NCBI RefSeq assembly: GCF_009914755.1
Contig: NC_060925.1
Strand: one strand, 5' to 3'
Length of the DNA stretch: 64,000 nucleotides
Source of the DNA: the human T2T-CHM13v2.0 reference genome, Homo sapiens
Shown here piece after piece: positions 47,743-61,099 of this stretch. The position numbers were made by a program, and so were the translations under genes. The notes beneath the pieces were generated by a model. It worked only from the letters and a program-made list of their open reading frames with translations, was not told where the DNA came from and searched no databases. The first letter of the stretch is position 1. Each line of letters starts with the position of its first letter.

Positions 47743-50400
47743 ATCTCTCTTTTGGACAGAGAATATGTGATAGAAGTTTTGCTTACCACACTTCTTTGAA
47801 GTTAATTAAGACAATTCATCTTTTATTAAAATTCTTTATCTCTCAGGTTTCTTTAAAAATATTCTTTTTGGTACCATGTGATTTGCGAGTAACTAAATTG
47901 ATCTCAGCATTACGTAACTCTTATCCCTTCAGCTTTTCTTGGAGTTTAAATCAATATTTTGCCGTTAGTTAATAAAATAGATTTAGCTCAGGGTTGGACT
48001 CTAGTGACCTCAACCAAAACACTTTAAATCTGTAATACATTGATTATATTCCTTATTCCTTACAGACATTTCGTTGTAAAACTTATCTATGTCAATATTT
48101 TAATATGTTTAATTATTTAAAATATAAGCAGTTAAACTCAATTTCTACTGGATTATATGGAAATACGATTCATAGCACAATGCATTCTGAAACTCAATAG
48201 CAATGAGAGCAATAGAATAAATATAATTTTAAGACTTATAGGATTCATATGGACACTTTCTTCTTCCATTTATTCAAATGGAGATGTATTGAGAATATAC
48301 CATGTGTAAGACACTGCACATTTAGCATATTATTAACTTTAGCGCTAAGCTGAAATATCAGAAATGTTTAAAATGTCACTGAAGTTTTCCTTTGTTTGGT
48401 ATTTTGTGTTTTAATTCCTTATCATAAGGTTCTTAATGTGCTTTATTCCATTGTAAATATCAAGTAATTAATTACTTAAAAGTGTTTTCCTTGGGATTAT
48501 TTTATACTAACATATTATAGCAACCATTTTTATTCAATCAAAATATTTTATTTATATGTGATACTCTAAACAGTTTTTTTATATAAATGAACAGCTACTT
48601 TCTCTAAATGATTTTGCCATCATGGCAACTGAAGCACTCAATAGCAATACCATGCCAAGGATGGCACTGGATTATTATGCTAACAGAATTTTTGAAATAA
48701 TTAGATTATGAAGATGCTTTGTCTTTTCTAGTTGAGAGATTTGTATAACATTGCTAAGTAAATTATTCTGAAAATATTAACTTGTATACTTTAATCAGTT
48801 ATTTTCCACTGACTCTCTTATCACTGTTTTACAATCTTCCATCATATACATGTTTCAGAATTGCCTAATTTGATTCTTACCAATTCACTGATTATCTTCT
48901 GTTTTGAATTTCATTTCATGTCTTTTTCTGCCATCTTTCTGATTTTGTGGATGTGTTTCAGTACATGGGTTACAACAGACTGAAGAAGTAGGAGTCATTT
49001 AGGTCAGAGAAGCTGAACTATCAAAGAATATGATTTAGGAGTGTTACCCTTTATTTCTTGCTGTTTTGCAAGAGTTCTCTAACTGCATATAGATTCTTAG
49101 GACATTTGTGTCATTTTGATTTTCAGAGAACGTGTTTAAGTTGGGCTGTGTGTATATGTAGAGGACATCATCAGCAAATTCTTTTGTCTGAGTTGCTAAG
49201 TGAGTTTAGGGCTGGGGAAACAAACCTGGCTGGGAATCTGTCACTTGCAGATCTATACTATGTCACTTTTTCCATCACTGTGGATGGGTAAGTGTAAAAG
49301 AGTGTCAGAAAATAGATTGCTTGGACCATGTTTTCCTTAGAATATTGAAGTTGCCTGGAGAACATTTTAGTTTGTTATTGGAACAGAGCTATTAATTCAG
49401 ACATAGCAAATAAAACGTTATAGCATCCAAAGCAAATGGAGGAACTAGCATAATAAGGCCAAAGATATAGTTATACAGTGGCTCCTACCAATTGTAAAAC
49501 AGCGTCTACACACAAAATTTGGGGATAACAACAGTTAACTGGGAGAGTGAAGACTAACCAAACACTATTGCTTGAAATGTCTGTGTGACAATTTGGCAAA
49601 GTTTTTTGTTTTCATGATCTGAGTAATTTGCTCAGTTTTACATTTAACAGATAAATAGAGTTATAAATTAATTTTTGATTTATAAAAATACCTGCTACTT
49701 TTAATAAAACATGCAGATATTGCTTTCAGAAATGAAAAGGTATTCATTTATAAATCAATATCTATTGCTTATAGTGGTTAATTAAAAAGTGACTAATGCT
49801 TTAAAAATATCATTTTACTTGAAATATTGTAATCCTGTTTATTTTACTAATTTATAAATTTGGCCTTATTATATGTATACCTAATATGTGCAACTGAAAT
49901 TATTGGTTATGTTAAAAATTCTCCACACCATAAACCCAATCCCAAACCATACTAAAATTATTTACTTCATGAAGTCACTATCTGTATTCAACATCTTCAA
50001 AAACGTATTTCTGAATCTCAAATTTAATTTTATAAAAAATTTTAAATTTATATCTTGTCAGGCTTATTTTTTCTTTTTAGAAATTTATTCTTACCTCCGA
50101 AAAGTATCTGTTCTCCAAGGTAAACCAATCAGCTGCCTACCCAACTCCATGCAGAAATATTTGAAACACCTAAAAACTTGCTGTAAATTTGGTTATATAT
50201 TCTCTAATTGTTGAAATAGGGAATATATTAAGCTTGCTGATTTTATTAAGCTGATTGAACAAGAGTACCTAATGTTATAAGAAGAAAAAAGGTGACTAAA
50301 GCGTAGTATAAAACTAATTTGATAAAACTAAGAAATAAGGTTGTCCATAAAGAAGAAAAGAAATGTACCTGAACATTGTTGATCAGGAATAAACTGATCC

Positions 50401-51460
50401 GTTTTTACAGCTTTTATCGAAGCATAATTGATGTATAATAAACTGTACATATTTAATTTGTAAAATTTGGTGAGTCTTGACAAACACACACACACACACA
50501 AACACATCATATGAAACCATGACTACAACCAAGATAATGAACATATTCATCATTCTGTAAAATGTCCTCCTGCCCTGGCGTAATCCATCCCTTCCTCTCC
50601 CTCCCCTACCTCATCCCCAGGCAAGCACCAATCTGCTTTCTGTCACAATAGATGATTTTGTATTTTTAAACATGTAATATAAATGAAAACATAGAACATA
50701 ATTCCTTTTTTGTTTGACTTTGTCACTGCAATTATTTTAAGTTTCATCCATGTTGGTACATAGAACAGTGATAGTTCCTTTCAATGGCTGAGTAGAATTT
50801 ATGTTGCATGGAAAGACCACAAATTGTTTATCCAATCACCTGTTGATGGAAGTTGGTGTGCAAATAAAACTGTAATCAACATTTGCATACAAGTCTTTGT
50901 GTGGACATTTGCTTTCATTTTCCTCTCAAGGTTATGGAATGGCTGAATCCTTTTGTAGGTATATGTTTCACTTTTTAAGAACATGCTAATCTGTTTTCCA
51001 AAACACTTGTACCATTTTACATTCTCACCAACAATGTATGAGAATTTCAATCTCTATATTCTTGCTAACAATTCGATGAGCAGCCATTTTCATTTTAGAC
51101 ATTTTAATAAATGGGTAGTGGTATGTTGTTGTGGTTTTAGTTTGCATTTTTTCTAATGACAATGGAAGTTCAGCATCTCTATATGATATGTACTCATTTG
51201 CTATCCATATATCTTCTTTGCTAAAGTGTACACATTATTTGGAGGGAGATTATTAGTATTATTGTACTGTAAAAAATCCTTATATATTCTAGATACAGGT
51301 CCTTTTTAGAATATTTGTTTTGCAAACATTTTCTTCCTGTCTCTGGCTTGCCTCTTCATTTTCTTGACAATATCATATGAAGAGAAGACATTTTAAATTT
51401 TTATGAGGTTCAATATACTCACTTTATTTTCCTTTGGTGGTACATGCTTTTTGTCCTGTC
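50401..51460 (-). mobile_element. L1MC/MD 3' UTR and end of ORF2
   Basis: 'aatctgctttctgtcacaatagat', 'ttgtaccattttacattctcaccaacaatgtatgagaattt'; ORF 50799-51050 resembles the ORF2 C-terminus. Confidence 0.9.
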
Positions 51461-51464
51461 TACA

Positions 51465-51938
51465 AAGCGGACCTTTCTGAATACTCTATTCAATTTTGCA
51501 TGAGTTTTAACGTCTTTCTACCCTGGTTGGTGAGAACACACTGTTCCCAAACCCCTGTGTCAACTCTGATCATTATCCTACCTGCCCTTTCCTGTGTGTT
51601 TCTTTTCATAGCCTCAGGTGGTTTTCTTACACATCTGTATTGACCATTACTCAGCTAGAGACTTGAGAGATCCCTCCGAATAAACTCTTTCTCATCAATT
51701 TAGGGAGATGACTGGGCCCTGTTTAGGGTCCTCTGTGCTCTAAGGTCTACCTGAACTGTCCAAGCTGCAAGCTGGGGCAATTGCTACGCTTACTCTATTT
51801 TTCTTCTATTAAGGTCACTCTGGTGAGATGCTACTCTTCAATGATTGAAAACAAGTTTATATATTTTGTCCTGTTTTTTAATTAATTGAGGCAAGAGAAT
51901 AAATCTAGACTGTTACTCTGTCATGGCCAGGAGCATAC
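51465..51938 (-). mobile_element. L1M 5' UTR fragment
   Basis: 'attactcagctagagacttgag' and 'ctgttactctgtcatggccaggagc' are the reverse of the same type of 5' end seen at 23.7-24.2 kb. Confidence 0.65.
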
Positions 51939-51959
51939 ATCTATAATTATCTTTTTATG

Positions 51960-52050
51960 AGTCTATGTCCCTCAATAAAATCTGAACTCCTTACAGGCAG
52001 AGGATTAGATACATATATGGTGTTCAATAAATCTTTGCTGAATAAAAAAA
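51960..52050 (+). mobile_element. L2 3' end
   Basis: 'tgaactccttacaggcagagg...tgttcaataaatctttgctgaat'. Confidence 0.55.
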
Positions 52051-52279
52051 TGTATGCATTTTTCCTAGATCCATGTGATTTATTTGGAAATCAGAAGGCC
52101 TGCTTTTATGTGATTCTTCTATTTTAACTACCACCTATTCTACTGGAGATCTCTAAAATGAGTACTAAAAGAAAGGAACATAATCTAGAATACAAGTCGT
52201 TTACTCACTACTGGGCATTTCTTTGCATGCTTTTAGTCACTGTTACTTTTAACTTGCTCAACTCAGCTTTGGAAATAGA

Positions 52280-52779
52280 GTAAGGTAAACATGATATCCC
52301 TTTTCCAGGAACTTGAACAGCTAAATAGTCAAATGGACAGCAGCTGGACCATATATTAAACTAGAATTCTGACTCACACCTTCAGCAACCAGCTCAAGAA
52401 GCCAAATCACCTCTTCTGTAGTCTTCAGCCTCAAACAGTCAGTATTTGATCAGATCAATAGCTGACAGCTTTCTCAATTTTTGTTGCTACTTCCACCTTA
52501 GGACTAACCAGAGAAAACCAAATAGATCTCATTTAACCAATGACATAGAACGCTCTACTTTTAGTTAATCCATTTCCAGCCTCCCTATGCCAACATCCCC
52601 AGTCAAAGCATACCTGAATCCTTCCTTTTTTTTTCCTACTGTAAAGCTTTCCCACTCCTCTGCCTGGCATTGAGTCTGTGCCAAATGTAAGTAATGCTGG
52701 CTTACTTCCTTGCCGTAGCAAGTAGTGAATAAATAGCATTTGCTCATTCTCTTTTGGGTAGTCTCAGTTTATTTCCACA
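52280..52779 (+). mobile_element. Solo LTR, probably ERV1 class (family not assigned)
   Basis: CCAAT ('taaccaatg'), TATA-like 'ctactgtaaagctt', AATAAA at ~52728 and end 'tttatttccaca'. Confidence 0.65.
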
Positions 52780-53261
52780 AGCTTACAGCACAGCAGGAAT
52801 TACAGTCCTAAACAGGGCAATTACATGTGTGATACATCATGGAAAAGAGAAACTGTGCCTGTAGATGAGAACACAGCCTAGGGTTTAGGTGAAGAGAAAA
52901 GGCATCGAATACAAGAGTATAAATGTTAAAGCCATAAAAATGTTATATTTTATTAACATATTCAGTTAAGAAAAGGCCCCCCATTTAAATTTCATAGAGC
53001 TTCCTTTCTATTATTTACTTGTTTGTTTTGGCAAGAATTTATGACATCTTTATGTACTATGAAAACTGGCATTGTTTCTAACCTTCTCATACATACTAGA
53101 AAAAAGAAGTTGGGGCATATTTTATCCATTAATTGCTATTATTTTATTTTACTTCATCCCACACTTAGATTATGGAAAGAAGGAAAAAATAATAATAGCT
53201 GTGGCATACCAGTCTAGTGCCAGACACAGGGATAAGGTTGACACCACGCTGAAGAAATAAT

Positions 53262-53374
53262 GTTATCTCCATTTTATCAATGAAGAAACTGAGACACAAA
53301 GAACTGAAATAACTTGTCCAGGGTCACACAACTAGCAAAGTGTTTAATCCAAATCTAAACATATGTCTCTCTAA
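53262..53374 (-). mobile_element. MIR core
   Basis: 'ctccattttatcaatgaagaaactgagacacaaaga...aacttgtccagggtcacacaactag'. Confidence 0.85.
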
Positions 53375-53382
53375 CTGTACAT

Positions 53383-53593
53383 CAAGGTTTCCCAACCTCC
53401 TCTGTCCTATTGACATTTTGGGCTGTGTAATTCTTTGTTGTGCTATCCTCTGCATTGTAGGATGTTTAGCAATATCCTTGGCCTGTGTCCACTAACTGCC
53501 AGTTGCACTCTGCGGTCATGACAATCAAAATGTCTCCAGACATTGCCAAATGCCTCTGGAGAGAGAAAAAATGCCCCTGGTTGAGAATCTCTG
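53383..53593 (+). mobile_element. MER20 (hAT-Charlie MITE), full length
   Basis: 'attgacattttgggctg', 'tgcattgtaggatgtttagca', 'aaaatgtctccagacattgccaaatg'; TIR-like ends; 8-bp TSD ctgtacat (53375-53382) / ctgtagat (53594-53601). Confidence 0.93.
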
Positions 53594-53686
53594 CTGTAGA
53601 TCAAATATTCTACTTGTTAGTTTTTCATTAGCTAGCCTAATCTTTCATAATTTATCATTTCCATAATATATTGTCAGCAACTTGCA

Positions 53687-53736
53687 GCGCACGCGCACGC
53701 GCACACACACACACACACACACATACACACACACAC
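53687..53736 (+). repeat. (CG/CA)n alternating purine-pyrimidine tract
   Basis: gcgcacgcgcacgcgc followed by (ac)n, read directly. Confidence 0.95.
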
Positions 53737-54019
53737 CACCTCCTTCATTTCCCTAACCTACTGTTAAACTCCCTAACGAAGTTAGAATTGATTTATTTTC
53801 AGCACGGGATTCTCTTTTATTTTTGCAATTGTGGTTTTGGTGGTTGACATATTTAACAAAAAAACCCTGAAGGAAATTCTGACAAAAGAACTGATTGTTG
53901 TCCTCCCAGTTGTTTGAGAAGGAACCTAAATATATGACCAGCTTCCTAATGATCATTTCGTTGTTCTTAGACCTTTAAATTAGTCCAGCAGCCTTGCTTT
54001 CTGTCGCTATGCCACAGGG

Positions 54020-54335
54020 TTCTCACCCTCCCTCCCTTCTTTGTTTTTACTTCTCTCTCTCTTCCTCCTTTGTTCTCTTTACTTTCCCTCCTTTCTTCCT
54101 CTATCCATCTTCTCTATTTTCCTGTTGTCTTTCATCTCTTCATCCCATTTCTCCCGCATCCTTTAGAACTCATAATACTAAAATATACATATTTTAAGAT
54201 CTTCCTCTCTGTATCTTTCTGTCTCTGTCTCAATGTCTCTCTGTTTCTGTCTTTGTCTTTCTCTGTTTGTCTCTCTCTCTCTCTGTCTCTCTGTCTGTCT
54301 CTCTCTCCTGCCTTTCTCTCTCTCTTTTGCCTTTG
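54020..54335 (+). repeat. Pyrimidine-rich low-complexity tract with (CT/CTGT)n
   Basis: Read directly. Confidence 0.9.
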
Positions 54336-54338
54336 TAG

Positions 54339-54550
54339 CTCCCTGCCAGTACAGCTGTCCAATACAGCCTTTGATGCTACTCTGTTATCTTTGGCACCAG
54401 CTCACAGGCTCCGCAGGGCTGAAGCTGGAACTCTTCCATCTCATCTCCTTTCTTTTGTCCTGCAATATGGTTATCCTGGAGGCCACTCAGCTGCCTCCCA
54501 ACATTAGAGTTAGGTGACAAGAACAGGGAATAGACTCTCTGAAGCTAGAG
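54339..54550 (+). other. Candidate non-coding exon (212 nt)
   Basis: Acceptor 'tctcttttgcctttgtag|' after a very long pyrimidine tract; donor 'GAG|gtaagc'; stops in all three frames. No transcript evidence available. Confidence 0.35.
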
Positions 54551-56209
54551 GTAAGCGGCTGAACATCTTATAATAGTGAACACCTTTGTTGTTGCTAAAA
54601 CTCTTTTCTAAACACATGCATGGGGTATTTTGAAATGAATTTTGGCATCTCTCATTTTTCCCTCAGCAAGCTGTGGTATCTGGCAGTGTTTTTCAAGAAA
54701 GTACTTACCTTTGATAATCAGACTGAGTTGAAATTATCCTGATTTCATTGTACTACAGACTTGAAGCAACATATTTTCCAAATTCCATGGGGTGAGCCAA
54801 ATATTTTCAACTGCACAATAATGTTGAGCTGAATAAAAGGTTATGAAAAACCTGAAATAATGCATTTCTTTGGAATAATTCAACACTGCTTTAAGCCTAC
54901 TTTCTTCTTTTAAGAACTCATTTCCTATTTAGAGCTAAATGAAAGTATATATTATCTCTGAACCTTGGACAAATTCTTTGGGGAAAAAAAAAAAGAATTG
55001 ACTCTGATTTTAGGGTAGACAGTGCAGATCAAAGACCATGGATTCATTTTGGCCGATAACATCCTAACACTGATTCAGAATTGGTTAAGATGATTTGGAG
55101 GCATAGAAGTGTTAAAATTATATACTGCTTCAGTTCTACATTATAGTAAGAAGTTCCTGTGGAGAAAAATCTAATTTTAAGCATACCATGATTTTCCTGC
55201 ATAAACATGAGGAGTTAGGAGCTCAAAGCTTTTCTTTAGAACACTGCTTGTACAAAAGATCTTTATCTGGTTCATTCTTGTTTGGTGTTATTCTGTGCGG
55301 AAAACCATGTGCTACACTTAGTCCATTTGCTTATCCCACTATGCAGCCACCTGCAGACTGATTATTTCCTTTTAAAGCAGGAGTAAAATCTCCACTTCCC
55401 TCCCTCCTGTAGGCAGCCTCAGCATAAAAGCCACTCATACAATGATGTTTTGTGAGAACAGATCCCATTAACAACAACAACAACTTAGATTTATATAGTG
55501 CTTTATCACACATGCAGCCAGGCAACTCCAGGCATTTTTCTAAAATGGAAAGCATTTCCTTTTAGGCCTCTAAAAAAATCCTTATTAAACAACAACAACA
55601 CCAAAGACTAACTTGAAGATGTAAACGAATAGGAGGAAAAGTGTGTTTTTATTCTAAATTAAGGTAAGGTAGACTTCAAATCAAATTGTGCATTGCATTG
55701 TTTTGTAAACAGGTAACACTGATACTCAGTAACCTAATGAGAAAGACACTATTGTTTGAAAGACAGCTTAATCCAAGTACTTTGCTAAGTGGAGCATTTA
55801 TTTATCAAGATTTAGAGGAAGTTTTATTTACTGCTGTAATGTGCTATGTAATACTTTTTTCTATATCGAGTTTAAGGTAGGGTGCTTATTTTTCCACCTA
55901 TGTGATTAAGAATGTGGCCAGTTGATAATTAGCCATAAAATCACTTTAAAGAGTTTTCTTTTGTAATGGTAACTGGGGCTGTGGCTGTGGGTGGCAAAAT
56001 CAATCCATGAATATTAAAGCCTTTAAGTCGCAAAGTACATCCCTCAACTTATAATGTTAGAAAATAGTAAATGTTTTCGTAGTACAAATATAACAATATT
56101 ATAATACTTATTATCTATTTATGTTTTGTTTCTAACTGATAAATAGTATCATAGTTTGGATTACACCTCAATATCCATCGTTAACTGTATTTTTATGAAA
56201 AACGTTTTC

Positions 56210-56415
56210 TGTAGCAGTATTGTCTATGGTAAAAAAGAATGGTGTTTGAAGTCAGACATACCTGGTTTGAATGTTTGGCTTAGTTACTTCTGAATTGTCT
56301 GACCAAAAATTGAGTGATTATTTTTTTCAGGCTTAGCTTCTTATCTTCTAAACTATAAGTAAAAATATTGCAAGATATTATCGAGATACTATCCATGAAA
56401 AAAATTGGCATAATG
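56210..56415 (+). mobile_element. MIR SINE
   Basis: 'tttgaagtcagacatacctggtttgaat' and 'ggcttagcttcttatct'. Confidence 0.7.
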
Positions 56416-57594
56416 TTTTTGATTAGGATTGAAGGTAAAATGATGTCCCAAGATTAACGGAGGGAAGAAGAGACAGCTATCTCAAAATATTGCCTTCAAA
56501 ATACCAAATGCTCAGATATTTGAAAGAGCTCAGAGGAGTACAGAGAATAATCATTTCAATTTGAGGAGCAATCCCTGAAGGTACAATACAAAATTTTACT
56601 TTATGAAAAATGAAAAAAATGGGTATAAAAGCTGAAAGCAGGAGCTAGACCTCGTTTAGTTCAGAGATTTAGGGAAAGAAGGGCTGGATGAGATCTATAA
56701 AAGTAGCTATGTTTTCAGGAAGCACTCTGCCCTTAAAACCAAAGAGACATTCAGTGCTGGTGGTCAAATTGAATAAATATTACATAAAGAGACATAAAAT
56801 AGGAAAGAACTCATCTACACAACTCTTGGTCATCCAAAAAAAAAGTTTTAACTTCCTGAATTATGGCCCTGAGCACTACACAGCAAATAGCTGGGGGAAG
56901 AAAAACTTCGTGTATTCAAAGATGGTTAATCAAAAAGTAATCAGTACAAGATGTATACTGCAAAACAATATCAATGACTGTGGAAAAGAAAAAAAACAAC
57001 CCGCAAAGGAGAAAAAAAGAAAGCTGTTTCCATAGAGGTGATGCAATTGTGGTCCAACATTTTGCCAAAAATTAAGAAAAAAAGAAACACATTAAATGTC
57101 CTTATTAATAGGAAAATAAAGCAGTTGTAAGGAGCTCTTAAAGGTAGAGTAAGGTGAGAGGAGAAAATGAAGCAAGAGTTAGCAAGCATAAGGAAGAAGG
57201 AGGAATAAAATTCACCCACCCTGCATTATATTAATGAAAAATGAAATGGATAGAGCTAAAAAAAAAAAGTATAGCAAAGCAAGATGAGAGAAGCAAGCAA
57301 AATAAAATTGAAAATAATGGAAAAATCAAAGGATTAGTCAGTAAAATGACATATGCACCATAATTTGCAGCAGTTTTTACATTAGCTTAAGACTAGAGAT
57401 AGCCTAAAAGTCTATGTTGAAATTATTATTGTCATACTGATTGAAAGAAATATTAAGAAACAGAAAATAAAAAGTTTGAAAAGATAGCTGCATGCTTACA
57501 TGCAATATTCTATTGAATATGATGTTAAATGAGATTGCAAGACACTTAAGCATGTATTTATAATACAGTTGACTCTTGAACAACAAGGATTTGA

Positions 57595-57888
<294 letters not shown>

Positions 57889-58419
57889 AATAATTTTTTT
57901 AAATAAATATTTTGGAAAAATTTTGGGCATTTGGGACAATTTTGAAAAATTCAAGAAATGAGCCATGTAACCTAGAATCATCAAAAAATTGAGAAAAAGG
58001 TATGTCATGAATCCATAAAATGTATGTAGATACCAGCCAATTTTATTATTTACTACCGTAAAATATACCCAAATCAATTTTTAAAAATTTATCAAAATGT
58101 TTGTGTACACTGACAGACTGTACATGGTGGCATTTGCAGTGAAAGGGACATTCAGTATTAAATAATAGCAGTAGGCAATTAATTGCAGTAAATACTGTGC
58201 TACTATAATAATTTTGTAGTCCCCTCTTCTTGCTATTGTGGTGAGCTCAAGTGTTGTGAGTGTCCACTTAAAACACCATGTGAAGGTAATCATCTCCCAG
58301 TGCACAGTTCTGCTCTTCAGTAAATTGTGTATGTTAGTAAAAAGTGACCTCTTGCAGTTCGGGCTTATTTTTCATCATGCTTTGTGCAGTACCATAAACC
58401 TGGAATAACACCATAGAAC

Positions 58420-60040
58420 ACATACAAAATGAAACTAGTGATGCTGGAGGTGTTACCAGGAAGAAGAAAAAATCATGACATTACAAGAAAAAATTTGAAT
58501 GATTTGATCTGTGCTGTAGATTGAGGTCTATAGCTGGCTCAACTGAATAAATTTCTGCTGCCTGCCGTTTCAAGAGAAATGGGACCCAGACTAAGCATTG
58601 TTGTAAACAAAGAAAAGGAAATTCATGACTGTCACTGCAGCTATGCCAGCAGGTACAAAAACCTTGCACTTTTTGTGAAATAACTTTTAATTTTATATTG
58701 TATATGTAGCTTTTATAAGGGTACAGGATTGCTATAAGAAAGGCCTACCTATAGACTCTAATATTATTAGTGAAAAATGATGTCATTATATGACAACTTA
58801 AAGCAAAATGAAGGTGAAGTTTTTAAAGGTGGAGAATTTAAAGCCAGCAAAGGATGGTTTGATAGTTTTAGAAAGAAGTTTGGCTTAAAAAAATGTTAAC
58901 ATAACAGGAAAAGAAGCTTCTGTTCGTCAAGAACCAGCAGACAAGTTCCCAGACACAATTATGAAAATCATTGAGGAGAAAGGATATCTGCCTGAGCAAA
59001 ATTTGAATGCAGACAAAAATGCCCTATTCTGGGGGAAAAAAACATGCAACAAAGGACATTTCTTAGTAAGGAATAGAAGTGAGCACTGGGATTTAAGGTA
59101 CGAAGGGATAGGATGACTCTTACTGCTTTGTGCAAATGCAGTCAGGTTTATGATCAGGACTGCCCTTATCTATAAAGCTGCTAATTCTCTGAGACTTGAA
59201 AGGAAAAGATAAACACCAGCTGCCAGTCTCTGGCTGCATAACAAGAAGGCCTGGACAACGACAACTGTTTTTCTGAATTGGTTTTAATGATGCTTTGTCC
59301 CTGAAGTCAGGAAGTACACTGTCAGTAAGGGACTACCTTTTAAAGTTCTTTTGATACTGGACAATGCCCTTGGCCACCTAGAACCTCATGAGTGCAGCAC
59401 CACAGGTGTTAAAGTGGTCTGCTTGCTCCCAAACATGACATCCTAATTCAACTTCTATATCATGGGATCATGAGGAAGTGAAAAGCTCCTTACACATGAT
59501 AATCTATGGAAATAATGTCTCAACACTATGGAAGAGAACTTTGATAGAGAAAAAACCTCATGAACATTTGGAGGAATTACACCATTGAAGATTCCATTGT
59601 TGTTGGTGTGGAAGCTATCAAGCCTGTAACAATATATTCCTGCTGGAGAAAACTGTGTCTAGATGTTGTGCAAGGCTTCACAGGATTTACAAATAAATTG
59701 TGGATATGGCAAAAAGGTGGGTGCAGAGTGGTTGAATGAGTTCAAGACAGATTATGAAGCAGTTCAGAGCTAATAGATACCACACCAGAGGAACAGACAG
59801 AAGACACAACTTGATGGAGATGAATGCTTCCAAGCCTGAGCCAGATGATAAGGAAGAAACGGTAGAAGAAGCAATACCAGAAAAGAAATTGACACAATAC
59901 ATTCAGGCAGAAGTGTTCTCATTATTCCAGACTGCTTTCGTCTTCTTTTATGACATGTACCCTTCCATGATATGGATATTGAAACTAAAGCAAATAGTGA
60001 AAGAGGGATTGGTACCATATAAAAACATTTCTAGATAAAT
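58420..60040 (+). pseudogene. Disrupted Tigger2 transposase (CENP-B-type HTH and DDE domain)
   Basis: Hand translation gives GEFKASKGWFDSFRKKFG, IIEEKGYLPEQNLNADKNALFW and KVLLILDNALGH; multiple stops and frameshifts. Confidence 0.85.
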
Positions 60041-61099
60041 AAAAAGAGAGAAATTACAGTATTTCCATAAAATTACACTGGCTGTGTCTACCTCTTCTGC
60101 TTCCCCTTTCATCTCTTCAACTTCTTCCACCTTTGAGACCCCTGAAACCAAACCCACCCCTTCTTTTTCTCCACCTCTTCCTTAACCTACTCAATGTCAA
60201 GATGATAAGGATGAAGACGTTTATAATGATCTACTTCCACTTAATGAATAGTAAGTCAATTTTCTCTTCCTTATGATTTTCTTAATAACATTTTCTTTTC
60301 TCTACCATACTTTATATTAAGAATACAGTATATAATACATATAATGTACAAAACGTGTTAATCAACTGTTTATGTTGTCAATAAGGCTTTTGGTCAACAG
60401 TAAGCTGCTAGTAGTTTTGAGCGAGTCAAAAGTTACATGCAGCTTTTCTACTTCACATGGAGTTGGCACCTCTAACTCCTGCATTGTCCAAGGGTTAACT
60501 GTATGACAATCTGTGGGGTGTGTGTGTGCTTGTGCCTTTGTAAGCATTTTCTTTTGTGAGCGTGTATAAGTAAAGTACAAGTAAAACTAATAACACTGAA
60601 TGCCTCCAAGAAGAGAAATGGGTGGATGGAAAACAAGGATGGGAGTAAGATATGTAATAACTTTTAGGCTTTTTAAATATTATAGGAGACAAGTATATTA
60701 ACTACTAAAAAGTGAACATAAACACAATAAAATATAGAAACGTATTTCAGTGCACCTAACTTCGGAAAATTTTAAAGTTATTTGCTCTGTGATTAAAAGA
60801 CACTAAATGTAAATCCCATGACAGCAGGACCATTGCCCTACTTTTTTCTTTATTCACACAGGGAAGTTTGCCTAATGACTAATTGGGAGTTTACCTCAAT
60901 TAACCACATGTATGGGAGGTCTGACTCTTTATATTATTGTACCACAACCAAGGCACTATCTTTTAATTGTACAGTCAATTTTATGTCTACTTCTAATGCC
61001 AATAATATTTACCACAGTATGAGCTAGGAATCCCTCCTGAATATAGGAGTGCAGACTTGGGAATACAAAACCATTTCATGAACCTGACAGTGGAAACAT

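Noticed and set aside
54070-54517. 145-aa and 94-aa ORFs, and the antisense R/E/D-rich ORF
   Set aside because: They stay open because the CT/GA low-complexity tract lacks stop codons.
58420-60040. Possible domesticated TIGD/CENP-B-like gene
   Set aside because: Multiple stops and frameshifts, third catalytic motif altered, and TIRs/TSDs retained, so it is a neutral fossil.
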